64,000 bases of DNA from Raillietiella orientalis (lineage: Eukaryota), in contig JAYWIR010000010.1 of assembly GCA_036172245.1 (NCBI GenBank), forward strand, positions 4,774,001 through 4,838,000, read 5' to 3'. Position 1 is the stretch's first letter, and each line of letters opens with the position of its first letter. Position numbers and translations under genes: made by a program. This document shows, in pieces, positions 40,600 through 51,749 of the stretch. The notes below the pieces were generated by a model. That model ran no database searches and had not been told where the DNA came from. It was given only the letters and a program-made list of their open reading frames with translations.

Positions 40600-43021
40600 T
40601 TCAGTCATCGCGCGGATGAAATTTCAATGGGTTCCTGCCGTGTTGTTTCCGGGATAAAGGTTAGCGTCACAGCCGAGAGAGCAGACTGACTAGAGAGATT
40701 CCTTCGCATTTTCTGGACAGATGCAGCCAGGATGGCTTTGTTGCCCAGGAGACTCCGTTGGCGGGAACGAGCTGGAACTCCTTGGAAGCGTCGTACTGCA
40801 CAAAGAGAAAGGGACAAATCTGGACGCTCCCATGCTATTCCGTCTCTTAAATCCCCTGCTGATCATTCACGTCGAGTCTGTCTGGCAGAAGTTGGAATCT
40901 TTCATTGTGCTTATTGATGATGAAAATTAGATCTCATTCTTCCTCGAGAGAAGCATTTCTTTCAGTGGTGCTTCTTCTGCTTGAGAGACACCGTAGGCGT
41001 CATGGAAACAGAAGCGTCCTCCCTCGTGTCGCTCTCCGACTCCACGTAGTCCGACTCCAGATGTCTTCGGCGGGAGCTTCTCTGGAGAGTTCTCCTCGTC
41101 CAGCACGCTTGGTTGGCCTGACAAGGAACTCTGCCTCTTTTTCCGAAACTGCGGTTTTGGATTTTGCCGCCTTCAGGGCGTCTTCCACTTGGACCTCCAT
41201 GTGGTTGATCACGGCGGTGGCAAGGACTTCTTCCTGGAGGATAGAAAGCGGTGCAGCGTATCCTTCTGTTTTCCCTCCGCGTTCTGCGGGCAGGTGGTCT
41301 CTACCCAACTCTATCCTCTATTGCTTCTCCCTTTTAGTTACTCCCAAATCCTCCAGCCTACTGAAACAAGGGGAAGCTCTTCGTTCGTGACTTTCCTCTT
41401 CTTGTTTTCCTTCTTCCTCTTCACTTCTGTGGAGACTGCGGCCGCACTTGAGCAGGGGTTCTCCGCTTCTCCTTCTTGCTCCTTGCGTTGAACTGCAGGG
41501 AGTGGGGCAAGTCCCTGGGCCACGAGCCACTTCGAAAACCTCAGGCACTCTCTACTGATGTGCCTTGATTCTTTGCAGTGATAGCATTGCGGGGGTCTCG
41601 TGCAGGCTTTGATGAAATGGCCCTGCTGACCACATTTAAAACGGCGTTCTTTCGGGCACGTGTCGATCCGATGCCCAAAATGCTTGCATCCCGAGCAGAA
41701 CGTGGGTTGCAGACGGTAACACACGGCGACGCTCCTGCGGCAACGACGCAGACCTCAATCTGGACACCAGTGTTTTCGTTGCATTCCACGGCCGAGCAGC
41801 GTTTTCAGCAAGCTTTTCAAAGGAGAACGCATCCAACGTCGGAGATCGGACAAACTGCAGCCAAGCATCTCGCGCTGAGACGAGCTCCTCTTAGGCAAAA
41901 CACTCCTCTCTGCTCCATCTCATCCTAATGGTGTTTCTGAAGAAATATCCCACTTTCAATCTTCCGGAGCCTTGCTCCTCGATGGTTCCCAAGTTGCTCG
42001 AGACTGCTTGCTGATAATTGTTTTCCCACCTGTGTCAGTGACAGCTCACATCTCTGAAGCATTTTCTCATTCAGTTCAATCCATATCCACTGGTGCTTCG
42101 ATCGCACAAGTGATGAATCCTTCTCTACTAGCAGGGTTCCAGTCTCTCGCTATTCTTTCTCGTTTCGAGACGCCCGTGTCAACGGCGGCGTGGCTGCGGC
42201 CTCCGCGCGTGCTGCCAAGCGCTGCGGGTTCGAGTATTTGGAAAGGATCGGCGGCGAGAAATAGGTGCGTCGTGGGTTTTGAGTCCCCCTCCTTCTCCAG
42301 GATGACGCTGGTTGTCCTATAGGCTTTGCACGAAGCACTGGTGGAAGCCGGATGCCTCCGCTGACTGGCCGGGATTGCAAGCCTACCATCCGGGTCCACT
42401 CCCAGGATTCAAGGAGCCGATTCCCTTCAAAGTTCCACACCGTATGTGCAAATGAAACCATCTCCCCCCCTTCCCCCATAGGAGAGGGGACCCTCCATCT
42501 CGTACCATGGCACTAATTGGTACCTCTCCAGAGTGTCAAGAAGCCCTCTGCTCTCTTCGAAGAGCAACCTTGAGAAAAATTGGGAAGCGTCCCTTCGGGG
42601 CTCTCTTCGGAGGGGCAAACGAGGAGCGGATCCTTTCCGGGGGGTCTCTCCAGAGAAGAGATTCCCCGAGCGCGGATCGTTTCACCTGGTTCCCTCCAGA
42701 AGAAAAATGAGAAATGGTTCTCTCTGTGGGACCCTCCGGAGAGAATGAGGAAGAGGTTCACTTGAGGGTTTTCCCTCCGAAGCGTAAGGGGAATTGACTC
42801 CTGCCTGAATTTATAAGGTGGTTCCCTTCCGAAGTACCTCTATGACTTGAAGAGTGGCACGCGCTCTCGGGTGGCGTAGACAGTGTTGACAAAGAGCTTC
42901 GTGACCCTCTAGACCAACGTTTCTTCAGTACTTAGCAAACCGGAAAAAAAAGAAAGCGAAAAAGAAAAAAAGCTGGAAGGAAAAAAGCGAAGCAGAAGAA
43001 ACCCGAATGGATTTCCATCAT
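40600..43021 (-). mobile_element. Tx1/L1-like LINE 5' half: 5' module, ORF1 with three CCHC knuckles, EN start
   Basis: The module begins ATGATGG at 43021 and matches five other copies. Knuckles lie at 41546-41697. An EN-start-like T*MISRGFK lies at ~40845-40872. Confidence 0.7.
41338..41724 (-). pseudogene. Gag-like ORF1 fragment with triple zinc knuckle (ZCCHC3/Tx1-ORF1 type)
   Basis: YRLQPTF-CSGCKHFGHRIDTC-PKERRFKCGQQGHFIKAC-TRPPQ-CYHCKESRHISREC: two intact CX2CX4HX4C, and one with its first Cys lost. Confidence 0.8.
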
Positions 43022-43169
43022 CTTCTCCAAACCATGCAACACTGAACAACACTATTTCATTATCTTGGATGGAAAAATGTTCACGTTTTCTTCGATATCT
43101 TTCCTCTTCAACACCTCACTGACATTCTAATCTAGTCTGCCGATGCCCTCAATGCTTTCGATTACGTTG

Positions 43170-44080
43170 GGAATTTGAGTGAAAGGTCAGCAGTTAATTT
43201 TTTAAAAAATCCTCAGTTGTGCCTGAGGCTGAAAGCTTTTTCTTATCATCCACACGAAAGACCCTCTCGGAAACTTCTTGTTTCTTCGCAAAGCAACAAG
43301 TGTTCGGAAGCGTTTTGCAAACCAGAGACCAAAATTGAATTCTACCATCGCCAAGGCGACTTAGAAAACCCTTTCGCCGCTCGCATTTTCAAATTTCCCT
43401 CCCGAAATCGCGTGCCAAAGCCTCAGGTCAGAAGGATCCCTTAACATCACAAGCACAACCACCAGCCACTCGTCTGGAGCTCCGCCTCTGCAGTGCTCGG
43501 AAGGTATGAAACCAGACGCAACTCTTGGCGACCAGGAGCCATCCGCGACTGTGCTGCCATGGTTTTCAAGGAGATCTTTTCCGTAAATTCTCGACTTCTT
43601 CCCCCGATAAAACAGTCTTGGTTTTTCATTTTGTTTCTGTCTGCCTGCTCTGAGCGGCGGTTCTGTCTGAGTTCTGGTGATCTTAACGACGGCTCAAGTG
43701 GCCATCCACCAAAATGCCTTTTTGGGGGGACGGGGGCACAAGCGTTATGGAGCTCATACGATCATGAGTCCGATAAAAATGAGTTGTTCGGATTGGATTT
43801 TTCACTCCCGAAGGCTTCCTGAAGACGAAGAGCGCGCCACTTGTGCAAAGTTCTTCAGATCCTCTCAGCCGCTGCACCCATTCTCCGTGGAAGGAAGGAT
43901 TTTGAGTCGTTGCTTCCTTTGGATCGCCTGCGATTCTTTATCGCTTCTCCAGACGGGAGAAAAAGAATGCATGCCTTCTGCTGATCATATCTGTGTGTTT
44001 GGACCTTGCTGGCATAGAGGAGCCTCTTTATACAAATCCTCTGCAAGAATTTCTCTATAACTTTTATGCGATTTGTGATG
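43170..44080 (-). mobile_element. Decayed L1/Tx1-like RT fragment
   Basis: In order: EILAEDLYK..QGPN..SAE (~PGPDG..E), SSITLVP, QNSD, NQDCFIGGRS (~Q.GF..gRs), KGFSKSPWRW. Confidence 0.55.
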
Positions 44081-45899
44081 CCGTAAAGTCACTTCGAAAA
44101 CAGGACTCCCGGTTTTCTCTGCTCCTGCTTATCGGTGGCAATACGTCTGTCTCACCGCATGATGGTCTCACGGTTCCTATTTCTGTCTCCGCGTTTCCAC
44201 TGTGATGTTTTTGTTTTGCTCTTTTATCAATATCAGAACTTTGGTCGCCATCGTGATTTCTTCTGGCGAGGAGCTCAATGGTTTGTTTTCTTCTTCTTTC
44301 AAACTGTCTTACGCATTCTGCTTAGGAAAAATTTTCAAAAATTCAAAAAACTGATCATCAGACACCATCTACTTTTACAGAGGTACCCTTTCACGTGCTG
44401 CTGAGCAATTCGGCATTTCTTGTGCGAGATCCGCACATTCCAAGGGCATCCGCTCGCCTACGTGTGTCTAAAAAGCCAGGACTCCCCCGCGTGGCGTTAA
44501 TAACTGTGATTATCTGGATTTCCATCTTCTGTGATTTGTCGCAATTACCAGGTGCGTGAGAATTTGAAGACCGCCTTTTGGTCCTGAACAGCATTCTAAA
44601 TCAAAGAGTTGATTTCATTCATCTCCGAGACACAACAGATTGTCTCTCGGATGTTGCAATGAAGGCCGTCATTACGAGCACTCGATGTTTATTTACGCGA
44701 AACGCGTGCACATCGGAGCCGGAAAACACAAATTCGCTTCCCCCCCCCCTCCCCTCCCGAAGTCCTCCTTCCCCAGGTCAGATTTACCGGTCATGGTTCA
44801 TCCGGTTCATCCCGAGGACATGCAACATGGGGTGTGCGCAATCTGTTCCTCATAGCAAGTTCTTCACTCCGATTCGCGTGGTTGGCAGCGAGAATCCTTG
44901 CGCCGCTGCCCTTTCTGTGTCTGCAACGCGTCGTTCCCGGAACCGCTCCTGTCCCTTGTCGGCCGAAACTGGCAAACGGCCGCAGCTCCCCGAGGGGAGG
45001 AAAATCTGCCAGGCTCCCGAACACGAAGCCATTTTCGAGATCTGTTGGGATGTTTGCCCCGTTTGCTGATGAGTGAGTGGGCCGTTTCGAAGAAAGGACG
45101 AATGGCTGCACCGGAAGCACCGAGTTTCCGGCGTAGCCATGGAGCATCCAAAAATCTTCCAGCGATCGCGGAAACCTCTGCATGCAAAGGTATGCATTTC
45201 TCAGGTGCACAGAACACGGGTATTAGAGCAATGCACATGCGTGTGCACGAATATATCTACGTATGTGGTATCCACATGGGTATGTATGCATCTGAGTAAC
45301 ACCGTAGTTACCTGCACACCATGTGCCCTTATCAGCATATCAGACTATTATTATATATCGTGCGTATATATTTCATCATGAGAATGTTCATATATGGACA
45401 CACACGTGCAAATACGAATGTATCCCATATCTTTCTGTCTATACGTAAATATTTGCAGGACTCGGGAAAGCAGGACACGAATAGATAAGCGAACGAATAA
45501 CGGCGGATTTGCCAGAACGCTCGATCACTCTGGAGGGCGGAGGGAGCGTTTTCTGGCGCGCCTTCGCAACGGTCCGTCGAGGAGGAACCAGGTGGAGGCG
45601 ACGGCGGTCAGTGGGACGGAGCGAATGGGAGAGCTGACGACTCGTCTCCAGCCCTCGATGACGGCGCTTCATTCATCGGGAGCGGTCGGGGGATGGCCGC
45701 GTAGGACCGGAAGGGAGGGGAGGGAGAGACGAACGACGGGAGAACGGGGAAAGCGAAAGGGACCAGGCACGTGGAGGGAACGAAGCGTTCCATGGAGACA
45801 CGCACCGAGCCGTTCGGACTTCTGGCAGAGACCGCAGCTTCGCCTCATCGCGCTTCCCCGATGCCTCCTCCCTTCGCCCTCCGTTCAAGGAGCGAGAAG

Positions 45900-46634
45900 A
45901 AGGAACTGATCCGCAATCTGGCGACCTATCGATCAACGTAGCCTCCCACTCCGGTCCCTTTACGGGCGTTGTGGCGTCGCACTGGAGACTACACGTGCCT
46001 GTGCCGAAGGAACCTCCTGGCCGGCTGAAGAACTCTCAAGTGCTCGCATAACACACCGGAAGAACAGCGAATGAGCCACGCCTTCCAAGGCAACAACAAC
46101 GGATGCCCGCGTTGGCGGCTCCGGTCTCACCGTGGACCTGGATGACCTCTCCAGAGTGTCAAGAAGTGCGCTACTCCCTTCGCGGAGTGCCCTCCAGAGA
46201 AATCGGGAAGCGCCTCTTTGGGTTTCTCTTCAGTAGAGTAACAAAGAGTGGTTTTCCCGCGGGTCCCCTCAGGAAAAGGAATTTCAGGAGTGCGGATCCT
46301 TTCCCAGTTCCCTTAGGAGAGGAAATGAGGAGCGGCCCGGGAGCGGGAATCCCTTCAGAGAGAAGGAGGAAGAGGTTCGGGGCTCCTCTCCCAATCGTAA
46401 GGGGGATTCCTTCTCCCAGCGCCTTCCTGGATTCACAGGGTGATCCTTCGGGGGAACCCCCCAACTTGGAGAGTCACACGCACCTTTGGGTGGCGTGGAC
46501 AGGAGCATCGTTAAAGAGCTTCTAGGCCAACGGGTCTTCGGCACTTAGCGAACTAGAGAAAAAGCAAAGCTCGAAAAAACAAAAGCTGGAAGGAAAGAAG
46601 GGAAACAGAAGAAGCCTAAGAGGATGTCCATCAT
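45900..46634 (-). mobile_element. Tx1-family 5' module and ORF1 start
   Basis: Begins ATGATGG at 46634. 46128-46525 is >90% identical by eye to 55632-56031. Confidence 0.75.
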
Positions 46635-46639
46635 CCTAG

Positions 46640-49600
46640 ACATTGCCATGTAGAGCCTTGAGAACCGACAACCACCACCTGTTTCTGATTCATTCCGACT
46701 GCTCCAGAAACTGTCCCGTAGCCCTTTCGAGCCTGGAGGTAGGTGGCCATGGAAGGGCTGAGAATTGTTTTTTCTGGACGGAGATAGCCCCAGCGACTAA
46801 AAAATGGTGACCAGGGCAGACGAGAGAGAAACACGAGTGATTTTGGCGCTTGTTCTCATTCATAGCAGGAACCGGGAATGGATGATCATGATCGAGGCGG
46901 AGGTCCCTCTCCGGCGATTTCTTGAGCAACGTCTCTGTTGGTTTTCCCGATCCCTATCCTTGCGCAGCTTATCTCTTTCTTGTTTGTCCCGGAGATCTCT
47001 CTGTGTGTTGGGAGTTGCTGAAGCAAACTACCAATCACCTACACCTGCCTCATTGGCCTCTTGATGCAGTAAGGAGAGATGCACGCGGCGGGTGGCGCAG
47101 AGGAAGAAACAGGTCGCAGAACCGAGGGGACACGTCCACCGTGAGCTGCCGTGAGACGCAAACTTCCACCTCTATTTTAAACACTGTGTTTCAGCAGCGA
47201 ATGAAGATCTTGCGGAATAGTCTCGCAAAGATGTCACAGTGTGCAGAGTATAAATCGGCGGAATTCTTCTGGTAGCAGATTTTCAGCGAGAGGACGATTT
47301 GTGACCACGAAAGGGACTGTCGAGGAATTCATTCGAACGACGCTGGGCTGGCGAAGTGACAAAAAACCCTTTAGCTCAGCCTCCCACGAACGAGCTCTCA
47401 CAGCGGCAGTGATTGCCTGGAGATCTAGTAGCCAGTGAATCGAGTTTGGTCCCGGAGATTTCGGCCACGAAGGAAACACTGTCTCGTTAGCTGATGACAA
47501 CTTCCCAGAGAACTCGATGTCGGTGACAAGCACACTCCTCTGCCATCTATCGTCGTCTACAGTAAGTTGCGTTCCGGCGTTGAGTCTCCAGAGCGCGCGC
47601 AGCACAAGCCGCTGGGAGAGTCGCGTCTCGGCAAGAATCTCAGACGCCAGACCGTCAGAAGCACCTGTCGGCACTCTTTGCCCACCGCGGATCAGGTATT
47701 CCGCGAGGATGGTACCAACGGGCCCCCGCTTACTTTCGTCGTTGGCCGGGTCTGCCTTCTCGTCGGTGCACGGAGCTTGCTGCTGCCGCAACAAGGAAGG
47801 TCCCGGAGGAAACATGGCGCGGGTGAGGCAGGCAAATGACGGCGAGGGCGTAGCAGCGTCTCTTCCATTTGAGGCGCTCTCGAGAGTCAGAGCTTTGCAA
47901 AGGGGCGATCCTCCTTAAGGATGAGAGGTTTTCGGACTTTGGAAGAACAGGAAAATGGCATCGACGCCCTTGACCCAGGAGAACAGCAAGGAGATGACCA
48001 GGAGGATCCGGAAATTCTTTTCCCCCGAAATTCTTGCGGGCTTCCTTCGCTGCTGCTACCTCGCGGCGCACACCCGTCCCTCTCTTTCCTCCTGACCTTC
48101 TGGCACGCCACCACCGTCAGCGCCGTTCGGAACGAACATGACACCACGAATATGTCTCACTACCACAATCGTTCCCCTAGGGTCAATTGAGGAGCCCCCG
48201 GCCCTTCCCCCGACTCCTTGCCGAGAGCCGAATTCCTGATCGTTCTGTGCCCTCCGGACCAACCAGCTGTGAGTCGCAGGGAAAGACCCTCTGGTCCGTA
48301 GCCCAGACGAAGAGCCACAAGGCAGGGTCCCCCGCCACTGGGTCTGCAGTACCGAAAGTTGCCGAAGGATCCTCTGCTGCCTTCAGGGTCACTCCTTCCT
48401 CTTGCCGCACCCTCCTGAAACTTCGCACGCGGCCTCTGGGTCGGACGTCTCCGCGGCAATCCTCCACAGGGAGACAGAGCCCCTTTCCTGAGGAGGGAAA
48501 GGGAGGAAGGATTCGTGCGCCCTTCCAGGGGCTCGGAGAACAGCCGTAAAGGAGAAGGGTCACGAATCCGGATTCCTGCGTTGCCCGCGGCAACCCTCCA
48601 GATGACAGACTTCCCGTGCTCCCGTCTTTCCTATTCATCCTCTTCGCGCAGACATCTGAGAGACGCCTGCGGGCAAAACGACGTGGAAAGAGTAAGAAAG
48701 GACAAGACTGCCCTCCAGGAGAGGCTCAACTTCTCTGACTTTGAGCAGATGGTCCCTGAGCGTGCGGAAAGGCTTGAGAGAAGATGACCTCGGAGGTTGC
48801 GCGTCGAATAGGCTGGAAACAGGGTGCCGGTACAAAAGAGAGTCCTCCGAGCTCTTCTCCGCTTGACAGAGAACTAACTCTCCGTGAGCTGGTTCCCCCC
48901 TTCACACTTAGACCGCGATGCGCCAGGGGATTCCCCATGTGAGGAAAGAGTGGACACGTGTCTCCCCCCGACCAGCAAGGACGTCGTCGTCCCCAGGAGG
49001 TATTTGAGGCCTGAGAATAGCAAGCTACCTCAGGGGGCAATCTTTCGGCTCCCATCAGCAGCCATGGAAGTCGCGTTGACCGACTCAGGAGGGTGCGCGC
49101 TTCCCAGTGGGCCCAGCCTGCGGGCAAGTGGGGGACAGGCGGGGACAGGTGCTCCAGCTCCCTCCTGCGACGGCGGCGCCGAGTGAGGGGAGGGAGGAAG
49201 CTTCCTCCCTCCCCCGCACTTTTCGCCGCCATCCTGCGGGCTACCTCAGTGGGTTCGGCGCAGCCGGCGGTCCGGAGAAGCGGCGGAAGGGGGCGTGGCG
49301 ACTACAGAGTTGAGCAGAGTCGATCCTCCGCGGAGGGCTCTTGCTGCTCTTCCTGAGAGAAGGGGGGCGCCAGGACTTGGGAGGATGGAATCCCTGAGTT
49401 CTTCTGACTTCTGCGGGACCGCGGATGCGATCCGAAAAGATCCTATAGCCGGTCTTTCGTGGTTCCATCTTTTGGGAGTCGCGAGAAACGTTTGTGGCGA
49501 GATATGTCCCCGGGTCTCGTCCTAACAGGGCCTGGAGAAGGGAGAGCCTGAGGCATCCACGGAGGAGCCGCTCATTCCCTCCGCCCCGCCCAAGGGCTGC

Positions 49601-50720
49601 TGCATCCTTCTCTTCCGACCTCCGGGTACGCCTCCACAGCGTCATCGCCGGTCTGCTGGACTCGGCTCAGCTCCGCCGACGACGGCGCTGACCCTTCTCG
49701 TGGCTCGGCAAGCTCGCCGGCAAAGAGACGGTGGGCTTGCGCGTGCCGAGGCGGATGGATCTGTAGGGGAGCCAGCCCGATAGAAGAAAGCGTTATCGTC
49801 ACCACCAACAAGGGAGGAACTCAAAGCAGCTCTGGAGCGGAAGAAAAGTCGCAGCTGGTCAGCCGTGCCGCCTCAGGGAAGTTTGTCCGGGAAAGCAGCC
49901 GTAGAAAGAAGACGATTACGGCCGACATTCACGTGCGGGAAGCTTCCAGACCGAAACTCCTGGACGGGAGCACCCTGTCCGTCCTTCCAGCCTCCTTTGG
50001 CGGTACACGCGAACGAGGGTCGGCGGAGGGATCAGGCCGCCGCCTCCTCCCTAAACGCTCACAGCTGCGCATCTTCCCTTCCCTTATGGCAGAGACAGAG
50101 AAAGTGCCAGACGAGCCAGTGTCCATTTCGGCACGGTCGTCCTCTCCTTGCACCTTCCGCAATCTCAACTGACTACGGGAAAATTCCTCGGGAAGTCTGC
50201 GGAAGATGATCCTCAGAGTCCAGGTGGCCAGGGAGACGGTCGCCGGTTCTAGCGACCGGGCTCTCGTCATTTCCCCTCCCCCCTTCCCTCTCCCGCCCTT
50301 CCACCGCGGGTTTCCCATTAAGTCGGCGGATCCGCAGGAAGTGCAAAGCGGCGGACGCACGCGGCTCCTGAATCTGCCGTCGGGCTGCTTTGGCAGCGCC
50401 GGCTGCGCGCACAAGAGCCCGCTCTCGGTGTCCCGTCCTGCTCCTTGGAAGGTGATTCGCTTCAGAAGCTTGCAGCAAGGAGGCTCTCCAGGGGAGGGGG
50501 GTCGGGCGTCTCGTTAGTCATAAGTATCCCTAGGAAAGAAAATTCTCTTCCACGTTCTCAGGCGGTGAAGGAATGCGTTCCCACGGCAATGAGGAAGGGA
50601 GGGCCCCCACGGACTCCGGCGGTCGAATTCGGGAAAGAACGGTCCCCACACAGTTTGATGCGCGTCGGAGGGCTTTATTCCTGCACTCTTGCCGATGTAT
50701 GGCACTGCCGAACGGAACGA
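46640..50720 (-). mobile_element. Decayed L1/Tx1-like ORF1 and APE endonuclease
   Basis: ORF1: AGIKPSD..PFFPEFD (~50620-50685) and RVRPPLCTSCGS (~50330-50365). EN: EILAETRLS..W, DDDRWQRSVLVTDIEF..TVFP, then RLD followed ~25 aa later by PGHH (~SDH). Confidence 0.45.
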
Positions 50721-51749
50721 TGAGGCCGAGCAAAACCTTCAAGCAAGATGGTGTAGGGCGAGCGTGGTCGGGCGGGGCGTGTCTGTGGGAATCCAGTGGC
50801 CACCCGACGGAAGAAAAGTCGCTCAAAAAAACATTGCCATCCAGGAATAGGTTGAGCAGGAGAAGGAGAAGAAGAAAGGGATCTGGTCGCTTTCCGCAGA
50901 CTCCGGAGCGATCACAAACGGAGCGAGCGGTACAGACGAGCCGTCCCTCATTTGATGCCGTAAATCGAAAGGCGGCCCGATGAGGCACCAAGGAGGAACG
51001 CACAGATGGTTGTGTGGAGCGAGACGGCAGACAGTGATGGCAGTCTGTAAGCTACGCCGCTGCCAGACCTCGGCGCACTGCGTCTCTCGTCAAAGGATGC
51101 ACACCGCTCATCATCCGCAGGAGCAACGCCCTCGCACACTTGTTTTGGTCCCCGGCGCGAGCGCCGCCTCGGGAGCGGCTGCTTCGAGTTTGGCGGCGAC
51201 GGGCCTTTCCCGGCGCTGTTGCCCTGTAAACGGGAGAACCTCGGAGCGGAGCTGCACTGCGAGCGCAATCAGCTCTTCTGGGACTTGAGGGAATCAGCGG
51301 ACCGCGAGAGATGAGATGTTGCTGTTGAAGTTCGGACGAGGAGGGAATAACGGGCAAAGCAGAGCCTGAAGTCCCGAAAAAACTCCTGACATGTGGATAA
51401 ACGCATGGATAGGGGGGGAGGGGGATATGAGAAGCACGATTTTCTGTGAAGAGAGGATGCGTCCGGCTGCAGCAGGTTCTGCTTGCCGTAGACGCAAGGC
51501 CGGCCTTAGCAGCCCTGTCCGCGTATGAGCAGGCTGCACTTCTGCCCACGAATTTGGCTGCTGATGCCGTCGTTGTTCCCAAATCGTCCTCCTGACTTGA
51601 CTGTTCCGCGTTGAAGAATTCTCCTCGGGAAAATTGATCTCTTCGTACCCTTGAAAAAGGGTACTCCTGTGGGCTGTGTCCTCATCTCATGATCACGGCG
51701 GCATCCGTTTGAAAGCAACCGTAGCTCCTGGAGATGGTTAGCTCTGTAT

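Noticed and set aside
47234..47815. WPKSPGPNSI resembling Tc1 WPxxSPDLNPI
   Set aside because: The surrounding residues follow APE endonuclease motif order instead.
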